Shown piece by piece: positions 61,693-64,000 of a DNA stretch of 64,000 nucleotides (position 1 is the first letter of the stretch; each line of letters begins with the position of its first letter). The translations under genes and the position numbers were made by a program. Source of the DNA: Phormidium sp. (GTDB lineage: Bacteria > Cyanobacteriota > Cyanobacteriia > Cyanobacteriales > Aerosakkonemataceae). Below the pieces are notes generated by a model. That model saw nothing but the letters and a program-made list of their open reading frames with translations, was not told the DNA's origin and searched no databases. Location: assembly GCA_051013385.1 (NCBI GenBank), contig CP143273.1:1088001-1152000 (forward strand), given 5' to 3'.

Positions 61693-61744
61693 TAATTTGC
61701 GGTTTTTAGGTAATAATTAAACTACTGGGTAAGAGGTAAAAATA

Positions 61745-62278
61745 ATGAATCAAATTGAGTACATTCAAAACGCAACTGGATACAATGCTCCCACTATTAC
61801 AGGAGTATTAGATTCCTTTTTCAAGTTTGTTGAAGTTTCCCTACGCCAAGGCAATGAAATCAAGTTAGAAAAGTTTGGCAAGTTTAATTTTAAAGACACT
61901 CCATCTCGGACAGGTCGTAATCCCAGAACAGGTGAAGAAATTGATATTCCGGCTAAACGCCGACCGGACTTTAAATTTTCCAAATCTTTTATAGTTGCTG
62001 TTCAACCAGAAAAATTACTATTAACCACTGCTCAAACCGAATCTGCTAAATTACCACCACCAATTCCCCCGGAATTACTAGCAGAAGCGGTTGGCAATAA
62101 ATCCGAGCCGCCGAACACTTGGTTTATGAGTATTGAAGGGCAATCTATTGAAGTAAATGAATCCGAACTAATCGCAAAAGGCGTAAATCCCAATACACCA
62201 TTATGGAGCTTCAGCAGTGGTTGGAAATTAGCCAAAGATTTACCGGAACTCAATTATTTATTTGCAACTGCTGCTTAG
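61745..62278 (+). CDS. hup: HU/IHF-family protein fused to a GYF_2 (DUF4339)-like domain
   Basis: FGKF...RTGRNPRTGEEIDIPAKRRPDFK; Pro-rich linker; WFMSIEGQ...TPLW...WKLAKDLPELNYLF. Confidence 0.8.
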   Translation: MNQIEYIQNATGYNAPTITGVLDSFFKFVEVSLRQGNEIKLEKFGKFNFKDTPSRTGRNPRTGEEIDIPAKRRPDFKFSKSFIVAVQPEKLLLTTAQTESAKLPPPIPPELLAEAVGNKSEPPNTWFMSIEGQSIEVNESELIAKGVNPNTPLWSFSSGWKLAKDLPELNYLFATAA

Positions 62279-62302
62279 TTTATTATCGATCGCCAATCCC
62301 AT

Positions 62303-62340
62303 TACCTCACCTGCATAAGTATTAGGTGAGGTATTTATTT
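62303..62340 (+). terminator. Intrinsic terminator after the HU gene
   Basis: TACCTCACCT-11 nt-AGGTGAGGTA followed by TTTATTT. Confidence 0.7.
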
Positions 62341-62433
62341 GGTCTTAACTTTCCACAAAAAAACGGAGCAATTTATGCAAGCTCCGCTAATTGATGTGAA
62401 CTTCGTCGAAAAGAGAACACTGACCCAATAATT

Positions 62434-62997
62434 TTAAGTTTGAGTTAATAAAGCCTGAGCATAAACTGTCTCACCATCGGCGGCGGAACCCACAATAAAT
62501 AATCCAGTGTAGGGGTCGCCTGAACTATCTTCTACATAGCAAACTTTTGGTTCCGCAAGTTGCCCAAATGCGGAATAAAGTTGTACGTAGTATTCAACTG
62601 CTTCGGCTGAACTTTGCATTGTCTCAATTCCAGCCTTTTCGTTTAAAGCCGCATCGCTTTTTTGCTGAAGCTCATCACAACTATTTCTTACTAATGGAAT
62701 GAATACATTTAAGAGCGATTCAGTGCGAATTGTCCGTTCTGGAACTTTATAGTTTTCTGTTTGCATCGCTTTTTTTCTAGCTGAAGCATCCAACGCCAGA
62801 ATTTTCTTTTCATCCAGTGTTGTTTTTGTCCGCTTGATTGCTAATGGTGAATCTGATTCACTTTCGCCCCAAAAATTATAATCCGATATCACTGCTTTTA
62901 GCAGTTTTGCTGCGATCGCTCCCGTTAATGTCGTCATATACATTTGCTGTAAATTTCTCGATTTAATTATATCAGTTACTTCCCAATATAGCCCCAA
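62434..62997 (-). CDS. Nuclease A inhibitor (NuiA)-like protein
   Basis: SESDSPL and PKVCYV...LFIVG..ADG...LLTQT resemble the NuiA pattern; start codon uncertain. Confidence 0.5.
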   Translation of the reverse strand: MGLYWEVTDIIKSRNLQQMYMTTLTGAIAAKLLKAVISDYNFWGESESDSPLAIKRTKTTLDEKKILALDASARKKAMQTENYKVPERTIRTESLLNVFIPLVRNSCDELQQKSDAALNEKAGIETMQSSAEAVEYYVQLYSAFGQLAEPKVCYVEDSSGDPYTGLFIVGSAADGETVYAQALLTQT

Positions 62998-63193
62998 TAA
63001 AACAACTTTTTGCTTTTAATTGTTTTACTTAAATCAAACATTAATAATTTACTGACTGGTTGATATTTGATAACAAAATCTGCTATTTTGCTATTGGTAA
63101 TGGGATTGAGAATATCGCTATTGCATTTTAGATATGCTGATAGCGAGTATATCTCTAGAATATGTCTTCTGTTTTGATGATAGTATCCATTAT

Positions 63194-63388
63194 TTATACT
63201 TCCTTGGTTGGTAAAGATTTTAAATGATTCAGAAATTCAAGTAATTGGTCATCATTTAGCTGGTAGCGGGAACGCTTGTTATAGGTTGTAATCAGATGTG
63301 AGCGTCCTTGTTTAGTTGACCAACCAACACGCTGCATTTCGGTGTTGGTTTGATTAATAGTATTCTGCAATTCAATTTCTCGTTCCAT
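63194..63388 (-). CDS. Small hypothetical protein
   Basis: EMQRVGWS...YNKRSRYQLNDDQLLEFL; GAGG RBS. Confidence 0.65.
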   Translation of the reverse strand: MEREIELQNTINQTNTEMQRVGWSTKQGRSHLITTYNKRSRYQLNDDQLLEFLNHLKSLPTKEV

Positions 63389-63481
63389 GTTCCATTACCT
63401 CATTTACAACTTGATTAATGACTAATAAATTTTTGGTGTCAGCGATCGCTTCTGGTAAAGGCGATCGCTCCACATCAAAAA

Positions 63482-63883
63482 TTAACGTTCACTGGGCAAT
63501 AGTAAAACTCTGTTTTCCAAGTAGAGTGTGATTAATTGTAGAGGAAAATCAGTGTATTCGATCTGCTGAGTAACTACTGGTTTAACACCAGGAGAAGGTG
63601 TATCCTCCCAACAAGTTAGAACAGCTTTGTTTCCCTCTTTGGGTTTGATGAAATTGTGTTCATTACCAACAACTAATAACCACAATTGAAAGTCTCGTAG
63701 TCTTGGATTTTGGCGCAGTGTTGGTTGATAGGAACCGATCGCATCTAATAACCAGTAGGCTTGTGCATTGTCAGCTAAGAATTTGATGCCATCAGTGTAT
63801 TGAAAACCAAGCAAATGCTTGTAATAGCGATCGGTTCCAGTGAAGTGGCTTAACTGAGATTTGAGTTGTTCTGCGGTTAGCAT
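63482..63883 (-). CDS. DUF6876-like protein
   Basis: FTGTDRYYKH, YTDGIKFLA, AYWLLDAI, IEYTDFP, VLLLPSE; start reassigned to ATG 63883. Confidence 0.65.
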   Translation of the reverse strand: MLTAEQLKSQLSHFTGTDRYYKHLLGFQYTDGIKFLADNAQAYWLLDAIGSYQPTLRQNPRLRDFQLWLLVVGNEHNFIKPKEGNKAVLTCWEDTPSPGVKPVVTQQIEYTDFPLQLITLYLENRVLLLPSER

Positions 63884-63907
63884 TGTAATTGGTTGAAACG
63901 TCAACCT

Positions 63908-63949
63908 CAAAAAGCGTTCGCGTAGCGTGTGCGTAGCACGTAAGCATTT
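63908..63949 (-). promoter_or_regulatory. Motif copy 8, interrupted by a small dispersed repeat
   Basis: CAAAAAGCG[TTCGCGTAGCGTGTGCGTAGCACG]TAAGCATT; first GCG is 31 nt from ATG 63883. Confidence 0.55.
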
Positions 63950-64000
63950 AAGCCTGAAAAATTGTTGATTCAATATCCATCAGTTAAACAACAATTTATA

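Larger units (their letters stand above)
48140..64000. mobile_element. Phage/plasmid-like element, right end outside the window
   Basis: Dense small hypothetical genes, orphan Dcm, IscB fragment, collagen/Calx-beta protein, HU, RdRP-like polymerase. No integrase, terminase, capsid or relaxase recognised, so the type is unresolved. Confidence 0.65.

Noticed and set aside
63884..63973. N-terminal extension of ORF 63482-63973
   Set aside because: It translates the motif and repeat insert; family-like sequence starts at 63883.
1..64000. Frequent GCGATCGC
   Set aside because: Standard cyanobacterial HIP1; used only as a taxonomic clue.
1..64000. tRNA, rRNA, reverse transcriptase, integrase or att sites
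   Set aside because: None recognised by eye; tRNAscan-SE, Infernal and HMM searches are needed to exclude them.

Overview
AT-rich cyanobacterial DNA with HIP1 octamers (GCGATCGC) throughout, in three blocks. (1) 1-14.8 kb: a three-gene signalling operon (AAA/GAF/PAS hybrid kinase, REC-PAS-HisKA_3 kinase, NarL regulator), an RhlE-type DEAD-box helicase, a KAP P-loop NTPase, an ABC transporter and arfB. (2) 15.4-47.7 kb, minus strand: an apparently complete 7-module cyanopeptolin/anabaenopeptilide-type NRPS cluster with halogenase, methyltransferase, SDR, ABC exporter and an extra HExxH protein. Hand-read A-domain codes predict acyl-Asp-[Thr-Ala-Ahp-Phe-N-Me-(Cl)Tyr-Val]. ISL3 remnants sit on both sides, each truncating a neighbouring gene. 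(3) 48.1-64 kb: a phage/plasmid-like element running off the right edge, with no integrase, capsid or terminase visible. The best candidate for a new system is here. An 897-aa ORF (58999-61692) carries the ordered motifs of RdRP-like (QDE-1/YonO-type) two-barrel polymerases, including DxDGD, next to virion-like genes. Eight minus-strand genes have a GC-GNA-GC or GC-GNNA-GC DNA mini-hairpin on their template strand about 31-35 nt upstream of the start codon. I infer a self-encoded RNA polymerase using template-strand hairpin promoters. All calls come from manual motif reading; no searches were run.
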